Shown one piece after another: positions 1 to 9,340 of a stretch of 64,000 nucleotides of DNA. This DNA is from a virus (taxonomy: Duplodnaviria > Caudoviricetes). Below the pieces are notes generated by a model, which was not told the origin of the DNA, did not search any database, and saw only the letters and a program-made list of their open reading frames with translations. The position numbers were made by a program, and so were the translations under genes. The DNA is taken from the IMG/VR virus record IMGVR_UViG_3300049846_001081. The stretch is one strand, 5' to 3'. How positions within the stretch are numbered: position 1 is the stretch's first letter; every line of letters starts with the position of its first letter.

Positions 1-1170
1 TCTGCTCAGAAAGAAGTGAACTATCTTGTCAAAGAGTTTGAATGTCGTAAAGCGGCAGACCAGTATGCTCGTGCTTCAACTGCCCGCACTGGTGTTCTTG
101 ATACTACTCGTCTTCATACCTACAAATACAATGAAGATCTATTCAAGAAAGTTTCGGTGATTCCTGATGGAAAGAATCACGGTCTTGTATTTGTTTTGGA
201 TTGGAGTGGTTCTATGTCCGATGTAATGCTTGATACTTGTAAGCAACTCTTTAATCTTGTGTGGTTCTGTAAGAAAGTTTCTATTCCTTTTGAGGTTTAT
301 GCTTTCACAAATGAATGGCGTCGTTGTGAGTATAATTATGAAGCAGAACAATATATTGCTGCAGATCGCACACCTCATTATGAGAAAAAAGAAGGTCTGT
401 TGGTTGTAGATGAAACTTTTTCTATGATGAATATTCTCACCAGCAAAGTTTCTGGTAAGGAATTGGAGCACCAACTTCTTAATATTTGGCGTCTTGCTTA
501 TTGTTTTGGTAGGACTTATCATTCTCCTTACACTTATCCCAACCGTTTGTGTCTGTCTGGAACTCCTTTGAATGAAGCATTGATTTCTCTTTATCAGATT
601 CTTCCTAAGTTTCAGAAAGAGAATAAACTTCAGAAGGTTCAGTGTATTGTTCTTACTGATGGTGAAGCGAATCAACTTGTTTATCATAAAGAAGTTCATC
701 GTTCTTATTCTAAAGATCCTGTTCTTGGAACTGGGTATGTTCATTCTCACAACACTATTCTTCGTGATCGCAAACTTGGAACAACCTATAAAATTGATGA
801 AGGATATCATGGATTTACAGATACTCTCCTCAAAAATCTAAAAGATAAGTTTGCATCAATGAATTTTATCGGTATTCGTGTTCTTGAAAGCCGAAATGTT
901 TATCGTTTTATTCAACTTTATCACACTCAATCTGATAAGCAGTATGAAAAAATCCAGAGTGACTGGAAAAAACTGAAGAGTTTCACTATTACTAATTCTG
1001 GTTACGATGCTTACTTTGGATTGTCCTCAACAGCCCTTTCTCAGGATACTGAATTTGAAGTTGCTGAAGATGCTACCAAGTCTCAAATCAAATCAGCATT
1101 TGCCAAGTCTCTGAAGACTAAAAAACTAAATAAAAAAGTACTGGGCGAGTTTATCTCTTTAGTTGCATGA
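1..1170 (+). CDS. CobT-like vWA-domain protein (cyanophage 'peptidase'), 5' end outside the window
   Basis: MIDAS motif VLDWSGSM plus IVLTDGE; reading frame is open from base 1; lies upstream of the CobS-like AAA+ gene. Confidence 0.8.
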   Translation, partial: SAQKEVNYLVKEFECRKAADQYARASTARTGVLDTTRLHTYKYNEDLFKKVSVIPDGKNHGLVFVLDWSGSMSDVMLDTCKQLFNLVWFCKKVSIPFEVYAFTNEWRRCEYNYEAEQYIAADRTPHYEKKEGLLVVDETFSMMNILTSKVSGKELEHQLLNIWRLAYCFGRTYHSPYTYPNRLCLSGTPLNEALISLYQILPKFQKENKLQKVQCIVLTDGEANQLVYHKEVHRSYSKDPVLGTGYVHSHNTILRDRKLGTTYKIDEGYHGFTDTLLKNLKDKFASMNFIGIRVLESRNVYRFIQLYHTQSDKQYEKIQSDWKKLKSFTITNSGYDAYFGLSSTALSQDTEFEVAEDATKSQIKSAFAKSLKTKKLNKKVLGEFISLVA

Positions 1171-1391
1171 AGACTTACAAAGAATTTGTTACTGAAGCTG
1201 GAGATTGGTGGCATCCAGATCCAAAAAAAGATCGTACTATAAGTGGATCGGGAAATAAAATGAGAGCGCGGGAAGATCGCGGAGATGATGTTTCCGTGCA
1301 AAAGAAACCCGATTACAGTAACAGACTTAAACCAGGTGAAACATATATGCAATTTGCAAAACGCAAACAATCAGAGGGGACTAATAGGTGA
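1167..1391 (+). CDS. Small protein with T4 capsid-targeting-like N-terminus (MKTYKEFVTEA)
   Basis: N-terminus resembles MKTYQEFIAE of T4 internal proteins; ATGA overlap with upstream stop. Confidence 0.65.
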   Translation: MKTYKEFVTEAGDWWHPDPKKDRTISGSGNKMRAREDRGDDVSVQKKPDYSNRLKPGETYMQFAKRKQSEGTNR

Positions 1392-1573
1392 AAACTAAAT
1401 TTCCATTTGAACACGTAGTAAAATACGATACTAAAGAAGTGTGGATTAAGTGCAACAGTGCAACTACTGCTTTAGGTATTCCTGCACTTGTAAAAAAATA
1501 TTATCCAGGTTATACTGGGCACATTGCAAGCAATGAATACCTTGAAGAACTCAAGAACCAGTTGGCGAACTGA
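1388..1573 (+). CDS. Hypothetical protein
   Basis: Coupled by GTGA overlap, followed by a terminator hairpin. Confidence 0.65.
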   Translation: MKTKFPFEHVVKYDTKEVWIKCNSATTALGIPALVKKYYPGYTGHIASNEYLEELKNQLAN

Positions 1574-1578
1574 CCATC

Positions 1579-1602
1579 GGGGTCCCAAGCGGACCCCTTT
1601 TT
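1579..1602 (+). terminator. Rho-independent terminator
   Basis: GGGGTCC-caagc-GGACCCC followed by T5. Confidence 0.75.
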
Positions 1603-1644
1603 CGTTTATAATGACTAGGTTGAAACAAAGCAAACGCCCTGATT

Positions 1645-2763
1645 ATGGCACTCTCCTCCGACTACATCCGCACTTCTCTTCAGTCACTCTATGGTAATAA
1701 TGTGACTGGTGCTGACATTCGTGCATGGTGTGCTCTGAATGATTCCAACTATCAAACTGTTACTAAAAAACTTGATCAGTTTAAAGTTGCTCGTGGCAAA
1801 TGGAACCTTGAAGTGACTCAACAAAAAGTGGAAGAAATTGAGCGTACTTTTCAAGCACCTGCTGTGGTCCCCCCTGTAGAACAGAATCTTATTCCTGATA
1901 AAGATGATACCTTCGTCAAGTTTGGTAATTTTAACGACGTTAAAAAAATTATTCAGTCCCGTATTTTTTACCCTACGTTCATTACGGGTCTTTCGGGTAA
2001 CGGTAAAACGTTCGGCGTGGAGCAAGCGTGTGCTCAACTTAAGCGTGAATTGATTCGTGTTAACATCACGATTGAGACTGACGAGGATGATCTGATTGGC
2101 GGTTTCCGTCTTGTGAATGGTGAAACTGTTTGGCACAATGGTCCTGTGATTGAAGCACTGGAACGTGGTGCAATTCTGCTTCTGGATGAGATTGACCTTG
2201 CTTCTAACAAGATTCTGTGTCTCCAATCCGTTCTGGAAGGTAAAGGTGTTTTCTTGAAGAAAATCGGTCGCTTCGTGAAACCTGCTTCTGGGTTCAACGT
2301 GATTGCCACCGCAAACACCAAAGGTAAGGGTAGTGATGACGGTCGTTTCATCGGCACTAACGTTCTCAACGAAGCATTCCTTGAGCGTTTCCCCGTGACC
2401 TTTGAGCAGTCCTATCCTGCCCCTGCAACCGAGCAGAAGATCCTTGAGGGCATCGCTCTGGACCTTGGCGTGGAAGACCGTGATTTCTGCAAGCGCCTTG
2501 TGGACTGGGCTGATATCATCCGCAAGACCTTCTACGATGGTGGTATTGAGGAAATCATCAGCACCCGCCGTCTGGTGCATATTGTTCGTGCTTACAGCAT
2601 CTTTGGTAACAAGGCAAAGGCAATTGATGTTTGCACCGCACGATTTGATGATGAAACCAAGACTGCCTTTATTGAACTTTACGATAAGGTGGATGCTGAT
2701 TTCCAAATGCCGTCGCAACCTGAACTGACTGTTGAGTACGTTGACTATCCCCATCAAATTTGA
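1645..2763 (+). CDS. cobS: CobS/MoxR-like AAA+ ATPase
   Basis: Walker A GLSGNGKT, Walker B LLLDEID, FIGTNVLNEAFLERF; typical of T4-like cyanophages. Confidence 0.9.
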   Translation: MALSSDYIRTSLQSLYGNNVTGADIRAWCALNDSNYQTVTKKLDQFKVARGKWNLEVTQQKVEEIERTFQAPAVVPPVEQNLIPDKDDTFVKFGNFNDVKKIIQSRIFYPTFITGLSGNGKTFGVEQACAQLKRELIRVNITIETDEDDLIGGFRLVNGETVWHNGPVIEALERGAILLLDEIDLASNKILCLQSVLEGKGVFLKKIGRFVKPASGFNVIATANTKGKGSDDGRFIGTNVLNEAFLERFPVTFEQSYPAPATEQKILEGIALDLGVEDRDFCKRLVDWADIIRKTFYDGGIEEIISTRRLVHIVRAYSIFGNKAKAIDVCTARFDDETKTAFIELYDKVDADFQMPSQPELTVEYVDYPHQI

Positions 2764-2769
2764 TAGAAT
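2741..2769 (+). promoter_or_regulatory. Sigma70-like early promoter
   Basis: TTGACT-17 bp-TAGAAT. Confidence 0.6.
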
Positions 2770-2817
2770 ATGAGGAGGTCAATGTGCCTCCTATTTTGCC
2801 CTTTACTATGAAACAAA

Positions 2818-3318
2818 ATGTCTGAAAACTTTGAGAGCACTTACGAAAATTCTATTCCTAAAACATTTGGGGATACTGTGATTTATGGTGGAGAAGGAAC
2901 TGATACTATTTCCTTTGGATCTCCCCGTCCTGCACAAGATTTTATTTACGCAGCAGGATCAGTTCCCTTTGCTAGTTTTGGAAGTTCTTCCCCTGATACT
3001 ATTACCTTTAATTTGAAAATGCCCGAAGATACAAATAAAAATCATTTCTGGAAATATAACGAAGACAAAATCCTCAAGCAACTTGAAGAATATATCGCTG
3101 GAACTTATAGTCAGCACTATGTTGATCGTACTGGTGGTGGAACAGAACAAACACTAGACAAGATCAAACACAATCGCCGTGAAGGTTTCTGTGCTGGTAA
3201 TGTAACCAAATATATTGATCGTTACGACACTAAAGGAACTCCCCGTGCTGATCTATTCAAGGTTCTTCACTACACTATTCTTCTGATCAACCATCTTAAT
3301 CTTATTGAAAATAAGTGA
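2818..3318 (+). CDS. Conserved phage protein, DUF3310/SaV-like C-terminal domain
   Basis: HY...GFCAGNVTKYIDRY..K....DLFKVLHY pattern. Confidence 0.65.
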   Translation: MSENFESTYENSIPKTFGDTVIYGGEGTDTISFGSPRPAQDFIYAAGSVPFASFGSSSPDTITFNLKMPEDTNKNHFWKYNEDKILKQLEEYIAGTYSQHYVDRTGGGTEQTLDKIKHNRREGFCAGNVTKYIDRYDTKGTPRADLFKVLHYTILLINHLNLIENK

Positions 3319-3986
3319 TTATGAAACTTTCTGATAAAACTCTTTCTGTTCTGAAGAACTTTTCTTCCATTAATCAATCTATCCTTTTCAAGCAAGGAAG
3401 TAAACTTCGCACCATCTCTGTGATGAAGAATATTCTTGCAGAAGCGACGATTACTGAAGAGTTTCCAAAAGACTTTGGAATCTATGACTTGAATCAGTTT
3501 CTGAATGGTCTTGGTCTCCATCAAAGTCCAGAACTTGATTTTGCGAATGACGGATATGCGGTCATCCGCGAAGGTAAAATGCGGTCCAAGTATTTCTTTG
3601 CTGATCCAAATGTAATTATTACTCCTCCAGACAAAGCAATTAGTCTTCCTACTGAAGATGTTTGTTTTGAGTTGAGCACTGAACAATTAGACAAACTTCT
3701 GAAAGCCGCAGCAGTTTATCAACTTCCAGATATTTCTGCTGTTGGTGAAGCAGGTGTGGTAAAACTGGTTGTTCGTGATAAGAAGAATGATACTTCCAAT
3801 GATTTCTCCATTGTTGTTGGAGAAACTGAGTCTGAGTTTGTTTTCAACTTTAAGGTGGAAAACATTAAGATTCTTCCTGGGACCTATGAGGTAGTTGTTT
3901 CGCAAAAACTTTTGTCACGATTCCAGTCTAAGAACCACGACCTTTGCTATTATATTGCTCTGGAACCTGATTCTACTTTTGGATGA
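3315..3986 (+). CDS. gp45: Sliding clamp
   Basis: MKLSDKTLSVLKNFSSINQSI N-terminus, FGIYDLNQFL, YYIALEPDS C-terminus. Confidence 0.95.
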   Translation: MIMKLSDKTLSVLKNFSSINQSILFKQGSKLRTISVMKNILAEATITEEFPKDFGIYDLNQFLNGLGLHQSPELDFANDGYAVIREGKMRSKYFFADPNVIITPPDKAISLPTEDVCFELSTEQLDKLLKAAAVYQLPDISAVGEAGVVKLVVRDKKNDTSNDFSIVVGETESEFVFNFKVENIKILPGTYEVVVSQKLLSRFQSKNHDLCYYIALEPDSTFG

Positions 3987-4495
3987 ACATCTTTGTAACT
4001 TCTCCTTGGCCTGCTGAGAGTGCTATTTGTCTTCCTGACAAACACGTTGTCAAGATGCCATTAGAATGCTGTCAAATGCTTTCTATTGTGGCATCTGACA
4101 AATGGGGTCATAATTATGGTCCTTTATATAAAATTGATAACACTCCCTACAGAACTGAAAAGGGTGCATTTCGTAATCATCCCTGCACCAAATGGGCTAT
4201 GGAAAGTATCCATAATGCATATTGGTTGATTAAACATGGTTTAAACTTGTGTGATGAATATACCTTACGGTATAATAAAACTCATGCTTGCTACAAAACT
4301 TTAGTTGATGCTTATTATTTGTTTCCGAAAGGTAAAATAAACGAAGTAACTTCATTTGCTAGAGCAATGCCAGATGAGTATAAACTTGACACAAGCATTG
4401 ACACTTTTACTGCTTACAAGATGTATATCGCATCCAAACCTTGGGTTGCATCTAATTATCTTCGTATGCCAGAACGAAAACCTGATTGGGTATAA
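3983..4495 (+). CDS. Pyrimidine-dimer DNA glycosylase/EndoV-like protein
   Basis: MNIF...DKHVVKMPLECCQMLS and NHPCTKWA motifs. Confidence 0.75.
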   Translation: MNIFVTSPWPAESAICLPDKHVVKMPLECCQMLSIVASDKWGHNYGPLYKIDNTPYRTEKGAFRNHPCTKWAMESIHNAYWLIKHGLNLCDEYTLRYNKTHACYKTLVDAYYLFPKGKINEVTSFARAMPDEYKLDTSIDTFTAYKMYIASKPWVASNYLRMPERKPDWV

Positions 4496-4500
4496 ACATT

Positions 4501-5448
4501 ATGAGTCGTAATGAATTTTTGTGGGTTGAAAAATACCGACCCAAAACAATTGAAGATTGCATTCTCCCAGAGGGAACCAAAAAAACTTTTAAAGACTTCC
4601 TAGATAAAGGAGAAGTTCCCAACCTTCTTCTTGCTGGACCTGCTGGGTGCGGTAAGACAACAGTAGCAAAAGCACTATGTAATGAACTAGGAGTAGATGT
4701 ATATGTCATTAACGGATCCGACGAAGGTAGATTCCTTGATACTGTCCGAAACACTGCGAAGAACTTCGCTTCCACCGTATCGCTTTCGTCAACTGCTAAA
4801 CACAAAGTCATCATTATTGATGAGGCAGATAACACAACCAACGACGTTCAACTCCTCTTACGGGCGTCTATTGAGGAATTTAGTAACAATTGCAGATTCA
4901 TCTTCACCTGCAATTACAAAAACAAAATCATTGAACCTCTCCACTCCCGATGTGCCGTGGTGGACTTCAGTATCAAAGGCAAGGAAAGGACCAACCTTGC
5001 TGCAGGTTTTTATGGACGCTTGCAAGACATCTTACAAAAGGAGGGGATCAAATATGATTCAAAAGTTCTCGTTGAACTTATTAACAAACATTTCCCCGAT
5101 TGGAGACGAATCCTCAATGAGTGCCAACGCTATTCGTCGGGAGGAGAAATCAACACGGGCATTCTTGCAACTTTTAGTGATGTAAAAATCAATGATCTCG
5201 TTAGTCATCTTAAGGATAAAAACTTTCCTGAAGTCCGAAAGTGGGTGGTCTCCAACTTGGATAACGATGCTTCTCACCTTCTTCGCAGGGTTTATGACGC
5301 TGTTTATGATTGCTTACTTCCCCAATCTATCCCTGCTGCCGTTCTTGTTATTGCTAAGTATCAATACCAATGTGCGTTTGTGGCTGACCAAGAAATTAAC
5401 CTCTTAGCAGCATTAACAGAAATTATGGTGGAGTGTGAATTTAAATGA
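4501..5448 (+). CDS. gp44: Clamp loader large subunit
   Basis: LWVEKYRP, GPAGCGKTT, IIDEAD, SRC motifs; ATG at 4501. Confidence 0.95.
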   Translation: MSRNEFLWVEKYRPKTIEDCILPEGTKKTFKDFLDKGEVPNLLLAGPAGCGKTTVAKALCNELGVDVYVINGSDEGRFLDTVRNTAKNFASTVSLSSTAKHKVIIIDEADNTTNDVQLLLRASIEEFSNNCRFIFTCNYKNKIIEPLHSRCAVVDFSIKGKERTNLAAGFYGRLQDILQKEGIKYDSKVLVELINKHFPDWRRILNECQRYSSGGEINTGILATFSDVKINDLVSHLKDKNFPEVRKWVVSNLDNDASHLLRRVYDAVYDCLLPQSIPAAVLVIAKYQYQCAFVADQEINLLAALTEIMVECEFK

Positions 5449-6293
5449 AATCTCTAAAAACCCCTTTACGTTACCCTGGTGGTAAGTCTCGCGCCTGTGA
5501 AAAAATAGGACTTTATATTCCAGATCTTCGTAACTATGATGAGTTCCGTGAACCATTTCTTGGTGGTGGAAGTGTTGCGATTTATATCGCCAAAAAATAT
5601 CCTGGATTAAATATTTGGGTAAATGATTTATACGAACCGCTGGTAAATTTCTGGCAACAACTCCAGATGTTTGGCAATGATCTTAAAGATAAACTGGTAG
5701 AATTAAAGACAGCAAACAATACTCCCGATTTGGCAAGAGAACTTTTTCTTCACTCAAAGGGGCAGATCAATGACCAAAGTTTGCCAAGTATTTATCGTGC
5801 TGTGGCTTTCTATGTTGTTAATAAGTGTTCTTTTAGTGGTCTCACAGAGAGTTCATCATTTTCGCAACAGGCATCTAACTCCAACTTTTCAATGCGTGGT
5901 ATTGAAAAACTGCCTGCGTATTCTGCGTTGATTGCAAACTGGCGTATAACTAACTATTCCTACGACTATTTGTTGGATGGGAATATGGGTGCTTTTGTGT
6001 ATCTTGATCCTCCTTATGACATTAAGGATAATCTCTATGGGAATAAAGGATCAATGCATAAAGGATTTGATCACGATAAGTTTGCTACTGATTGCGCTTC
6101 TTGTTATATGCATCAACTGATAAGTTATAACTCTGATCAACTTGTAAAAGACCGTTTTATAGGTGAAAAATGGAAGACTGGTGAGTTTGATCTAACTTAT
6201 ACGATGCGTTCTGTTGGTGAATATATGCGGGAGCAAAAAGAAAGAAAAGAACTTCTGCTGTTTAATTATAATAAAGATTTGTTATGGAATTGA
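5445..6293 (+). CDS. dam: DNA adenine methyltransferase (Dam/D12 class)
   Basis: LRYPGGKS, EPFLGGGSV, YLDPPY motifs. Confidence 0.92.
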   Translation: MKSLKTPLRYPGGKSRACEKIGLYIPDLRNYDEFREPFLGGGSVAIYIAKKYPGLNIWVNDLYEPLVNFWQQLQMFGNDLKDKLVELKTANNTPDLARELFLHSKGQINDQSLPSIYRAVAFYVVNKCSFSGLTESSSFSQQASNSNFSMRGIEKLPAYSALIANWRITNYSYDYLLDGNMGAFVYLDPPYDIKDNLYGNKGSMHKGFDHDKFATDCASCYMHQLISYNSDQLVKDRFIGEKWKTGEFDLTYTMRSVGEYMREQKERKELLLFNYNKDLLWN

Positions 6294-6652
6294 AAGATTG
6301 GTTGAACTCAATTAATTTTACAAAGGAAGACCTATCGGAAAATACTAAGGATTATCCTCCATATATTATCAATCGTTGTCTTTCTGGTCATATTGACTGT
6401 ATTTTATTTGCAAATGAAATGAATATTCATCATCAACTTGATAAAGATATGCAATATTCATTTTATCTAAATAGTTTGAGGAAAAAGAAGAGGTTTTCTC
6501 CCTGGCTCCGAAAGGATAAGGTTACAGACTTAGAATGTGTTAAATCATACTATGGATATAGTAATGAAAAAGCATCTCAAGCACTGAAAATCCTGACAAA
6601 AGAACAACTTACTTTCATCAAAAAACGACTTGATATTGGAGGAAAAAAATGA
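6284..6652 (+). CDS. gp62: Clamp loader small subunit
   Basis: DWLNSIN, YPPYIINR, YYGYSNEKA; position between gp44 and regA. Confidence 0.93.
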   Translation: MELKDWLNSINFTKEDLSENTKDYPPYIINRCLSGHIDCILFANEMNIHHQLDKDMQYSFYLNSLRKKKRFSPWLRKDKVTDLECVKSYYGYSNEKASQALKILTKEQLTFIKKRLDIGGKK

Positions 6653-7086
6653 CTACTACGGTAGAACCTACTGTTGAATGGTCTCAGGACCAAATGGTAG
6701 AGGTAATTCTTAATGAACCTGATGATTTTCTGAAAGTTCGTGAAACTTTGACTCGCATTGGAGTTGCATCAAGAAAGGAGAAAAAACTCTATCAATCTTG
6801 CCATATTCTACACAAACAAGGTAGATATTTTATCGTTCACTTTAAAGAATTGTTTGCTCTTGACGGTAAACATGCAAACTTAACTGTAAACGATGTTCAA
6901 AGACGCAATCGTATTGTTCGTCTTCTTGCCGACTGGGGACTTATCACGGTTGTAAAAGAAAGTTCTGTTACTGATATTGCACCACTCAATCAAATTAAAG
7001 TTCTTGCTTATAAGGACAAAAATGATTGGATTCTTGAACAGAAATATAATATTGGTAAAAAAGGAAAAACAACAGACGGTGAATAA
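6649..7086 (+). CDS. regA: Translational repressor RegA
   Basis: DDFLKVRETLTRIGVAS, LYQSCHILHKQGRYFIVHFKELF. Confidence 0.97.
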   Translation: MTTTVEPTVEWSQDQMVEVILNEPDDFLKVRETLTRIGVASRKEKKLYQSCHILHKQGRYFIVHFKELFALDGKHANLTVNDVQRRNRIVRLLADWGLITVVKESSVTDIAPLNQIKVLAYKDKNDWILEQKYNIGKKGKTTDGE

Positions 7087-7135
7087 ATAGTATGTCGCTT
7101 TCGTGCGCGACACGCTACAACGGAATAACGCTATG
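7084..7135 (+). ncRNA. Candidate late-expressed structured RNA downstream of regA
   Basis: TAAATA late box, then GTCGC...GCGAC hairpin, no ORF, ends at a terminator. Confidence 0.4.
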
Positions 7136-7137
7136 AT

Positions 7138-7173
7138 GGAGGGCTTGACACCCTCCTTTTTTTCTGCTATAAT
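7138..7173 (+). promoter_or_regulatory. Terminator hairpin containing a consensus sigma70 promoter for the R-M cassette
   Basis: GGAGGG/CCCTCC stem + T7; TTGACA (7145-7150)-17 bp-TATAAT (7168-7173). Confidence 0.8.
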
Positions 7174-7205
7174 AAGAACGATTGATAAACCAACTACCTT
7201 TTACT

Positions 7206-7835
7206 ATGACCGCCCTCAAAGTCGGAACGATTGAGTATCTAAAAAATGTTCCTCTTTATGGTGATGAAATTGGATCATTTGCAGTAACAAGATATTCTGA
7301 TAAAGATATTTCTTTGTTTAAAGAAAACTTTGAGTCCTGGGTAAAACATCGCGAACTGTGTCTAAGCATTGGTGGTAGAGCACCTAATTTGTGTGATGCT
7401 TTTACTGAAGGTATGTACTGCCTTTATAGTGGTTCTGTTCGTTATGTAAAAGTAGATCGTAGAAAAGCAGAATATAAAACATTTGGACCAGAAAAACTAT
7501 CCAATGCATCTATTGATACTTATTCTGAAAAAAACAAAGAAGGGGAACAAATAAAGTCATCAATTATTTTAGATGATTGTACATCTTTTGGTCCAACAAG
7601 TAAACAAGATGCACTTTACTTTATGCATTTTTATCGTGACGGTAAAACTCTTGATGGATCTTTTGATTTGTATAGAATTGAAAATGATTTACTGTACTCT
7701 ACAGTTATTAAAAATGATGGAACTACCTTTGCCGAAAAACAAAAGACAGGGCAAAGACCTCATTTTTCTTTGATGAAAAAAGTAATCATCCCAAATAACA
7801 TTCAACCCATTGAAAAAAATGTCAAACTTTGGTAA
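7206..7835 (+). CDS. Type II restriction endonuclease, Bsp6I-like (predicted GCNGC)
   Basis: D...EQIKSS PD-(D/E)xK-type core, TSFGP motif, C-terminal FAEKQKTGQRPHFSL; overlaps a C5 MTase gene. Confidence 0.7.
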   Translation: MTALKVGTIEYLKNVPLYGDEIGSFAVTRYSDKDISLFKENFESWVKHRELCLSIGGRAPNLCDAFTEGMYCLYSGSVRYVKVDRRKAEYKTFGPEKLSNASIDTYSEKNKEGEQIKSSIILDDCTSFGPTSKQDALYFMHFYRDGKTLDGSFDLYRIENDLLYSTVIKNDGTTFAEKQKTGQRPHFSLMKKVIIPNNIQPIEKNVKLW

Positions 7836-8772
7836 TAAAACAATTGATCTTTTTGCTGGTATTGGTGGAGTTCGCATAGGATTTGAACGAGCAGGATTTC
7901 AAACGGTATTTGCCAATGATTTTGAACCAAAATGTAAATTGACGTATGATTTAAACTTTGATGAACCAAAATTATTGATAGAAGACATACGCAATATTTC
8001 TCCAGATACTCTTCCAGACTTTAATTTTTTATTGGGTGGATTCCCTTGCCAAGCATTTTCTATTGCTGGTCATCGTCAGGGATTTGATGATGAGAAAGAT
8101 CGTGGAAATTTATTTTTTTACATTGCAAAAATTCTTGAAACTAAAAAACCAGATGGTTTCTTTTTGGAGAATGTAAAAAATTTGTGTTCTCATGATAATG
8201 GTAGAACATTTCAAATTATTGCTTCTGTTTTAAATGATCTCGGTTATCACCTTAACTATAAGGTATTAAACACAATGGAGTATGGAAATGTCCCTCAAAA
8301 TAGGGAGCGTATTTACATTGTTGGATTTAAAGATGTTGAACGTGCAAATAAATTTAGGTTTCCAAATCCGAAACATTTGACAGTTACTGTGAAGGACTTG
8401 TTGGAACCAGTTGTTGATGCAAAATATTATTATGAAAATAAACCTTTGTATGAAAAAATTAAAAATGATGTAAATGATGAAAACAAAATATATCAATGGC
8501 GAAGAGTTTATGTTAGAGAAAATAAAAAAAATGTATGCCCAACTTTAACTGCAAATATGGGAACTGGTGGTCATAATGTTCCCATTATCAGAGATTCTGT
8601 AGGAATCCGCAAATTAACTCCATGGGAATGTTTGAGAATGCAAGGTTTTCCTGATACTTATAAATTACCAAAATTAAATAGTGATGGTCCACTATATACG
8701 CAAGCGGGTAATTCGGTAAGTGTTCCAGTTATAGAATCTATTGCTAGAGAAATTGCAAAAGTTTGTATGTGA
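7819..8772 (+). CDS. DNA cytosine-C5 methyltransferase, M.Bsp6I-like
   Basis: DLFAGIGG, GFPCQ, LENV, QNRERIY, TRD WRRVYVRENK..CPTLTANMGTGGHNVP, YTQAGNSV. Confidence 0.92.
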   Translation: MSNFGNKTIDLFAGIGGVRIGFERAGFQTVFANDFEPKCKLTYDLNFDEPKLLIEDIRNISPDTLPDFNFLLGGFPCQAFSIAGHRQGFDDEKDRGNLFFYIAKILETKKPDGFFLENVKNLCSHDNGRTFQIIASVLNDLGYHLNYKVLNTMEYGNVPQNRERIYIVGFKDVERANKFRFPNPKHLTVTVKDLLEPVVDAKYYYENKPLYEKIKNDVNDENKIYQWRRVYVRENKKNVCPTLTANMGTGGHNVPIIRDSVGIRKLTPWECLRMQGFPDTYKLPKLNSDGPLYTQAGNSVSVPVIESIAREIAKVCM

Positions 8773-8788
8773 AACCGAACAAAAATTT

Positions 8789-8813
8789 ACGGGGTTCATC
8801 ACCTCGTTTTTTT
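8789..8813 (+). terminator. Rho-independent terminator after the MTase
   Basis: ACGGGGT/ACCTCGT stem + T-run. Confidence 0.55.
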
Positions 8814-8889
8814 ATGATTGTTGTATAATTAGTATTGGATGCCTTCGGGGTCCACAAAACACAAACTCGCTTTAAAAGGAGCTACCATA

Positions 8890-9324
8890 ATGACTAACCT
8901 AATGAAATATCAGGCTGCGGATCTTCCTGCATTGTTGGAAAGAATTAATCGCAATACAATTGGAATGGATGAATACTTTGATCGTATTTTTAAAATTCAC
9001 GAAACAACTTCCAATTATCCACCATATAATCTTGTTCAAGTTAGTAATGTAGAATCCCGACTTGAAATTGCTCTTGCTGGATTTAAAAAGGGAGAAGTTT
9101 ATGTCTACACTCAAGACGGCAAACTTTTTATTGAAGGTCAGAAGGAGGATAAAGAAACAGACACCAGGTACGTTCACAAGGGTCTGGCTCAACGGTCGTT
9201 TACACGTTCCTGGACACTCTCTGATGACACGGAAGTTAGATCAGTTGATTTTGAGGATGGGCTTCTAACGGTCACTCTTGGAAGAATTGTTCCTGATCAC
9301 CATAAGAGGAAAGATTATCTCTAA
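8890..9324 (+). CDS. hsp20: Small heat shock protein
   Basis: NYPPYNL, LEIALAGF, HKGLAQRSF, VDFEDGLLTV; RBS AAGGAG upstream of ATG 8890. Confidence 0.95.
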   Translation: MTNLMKYQAADLPALLERINRNTIGMDEYFDRIFKIHETTSNYPPYNLVQVSNVESRLEIALAGFKKGEVYVYTQDGKLFIEGQKEDKETDTRYVHKGLAQRSFTRSWTLSDDTEVRSVDFEDGLLTVTLGRIVPDHHKRKDYL

Positions 9325-9340
9325 ATAATTAAAAAAATCA

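Noticed and set aside
1684-2757. 357-aa antisense ORF spanning cobS
   Set aside because: Shadow of the biased codon usage of cobS; no start context or recognisable motif
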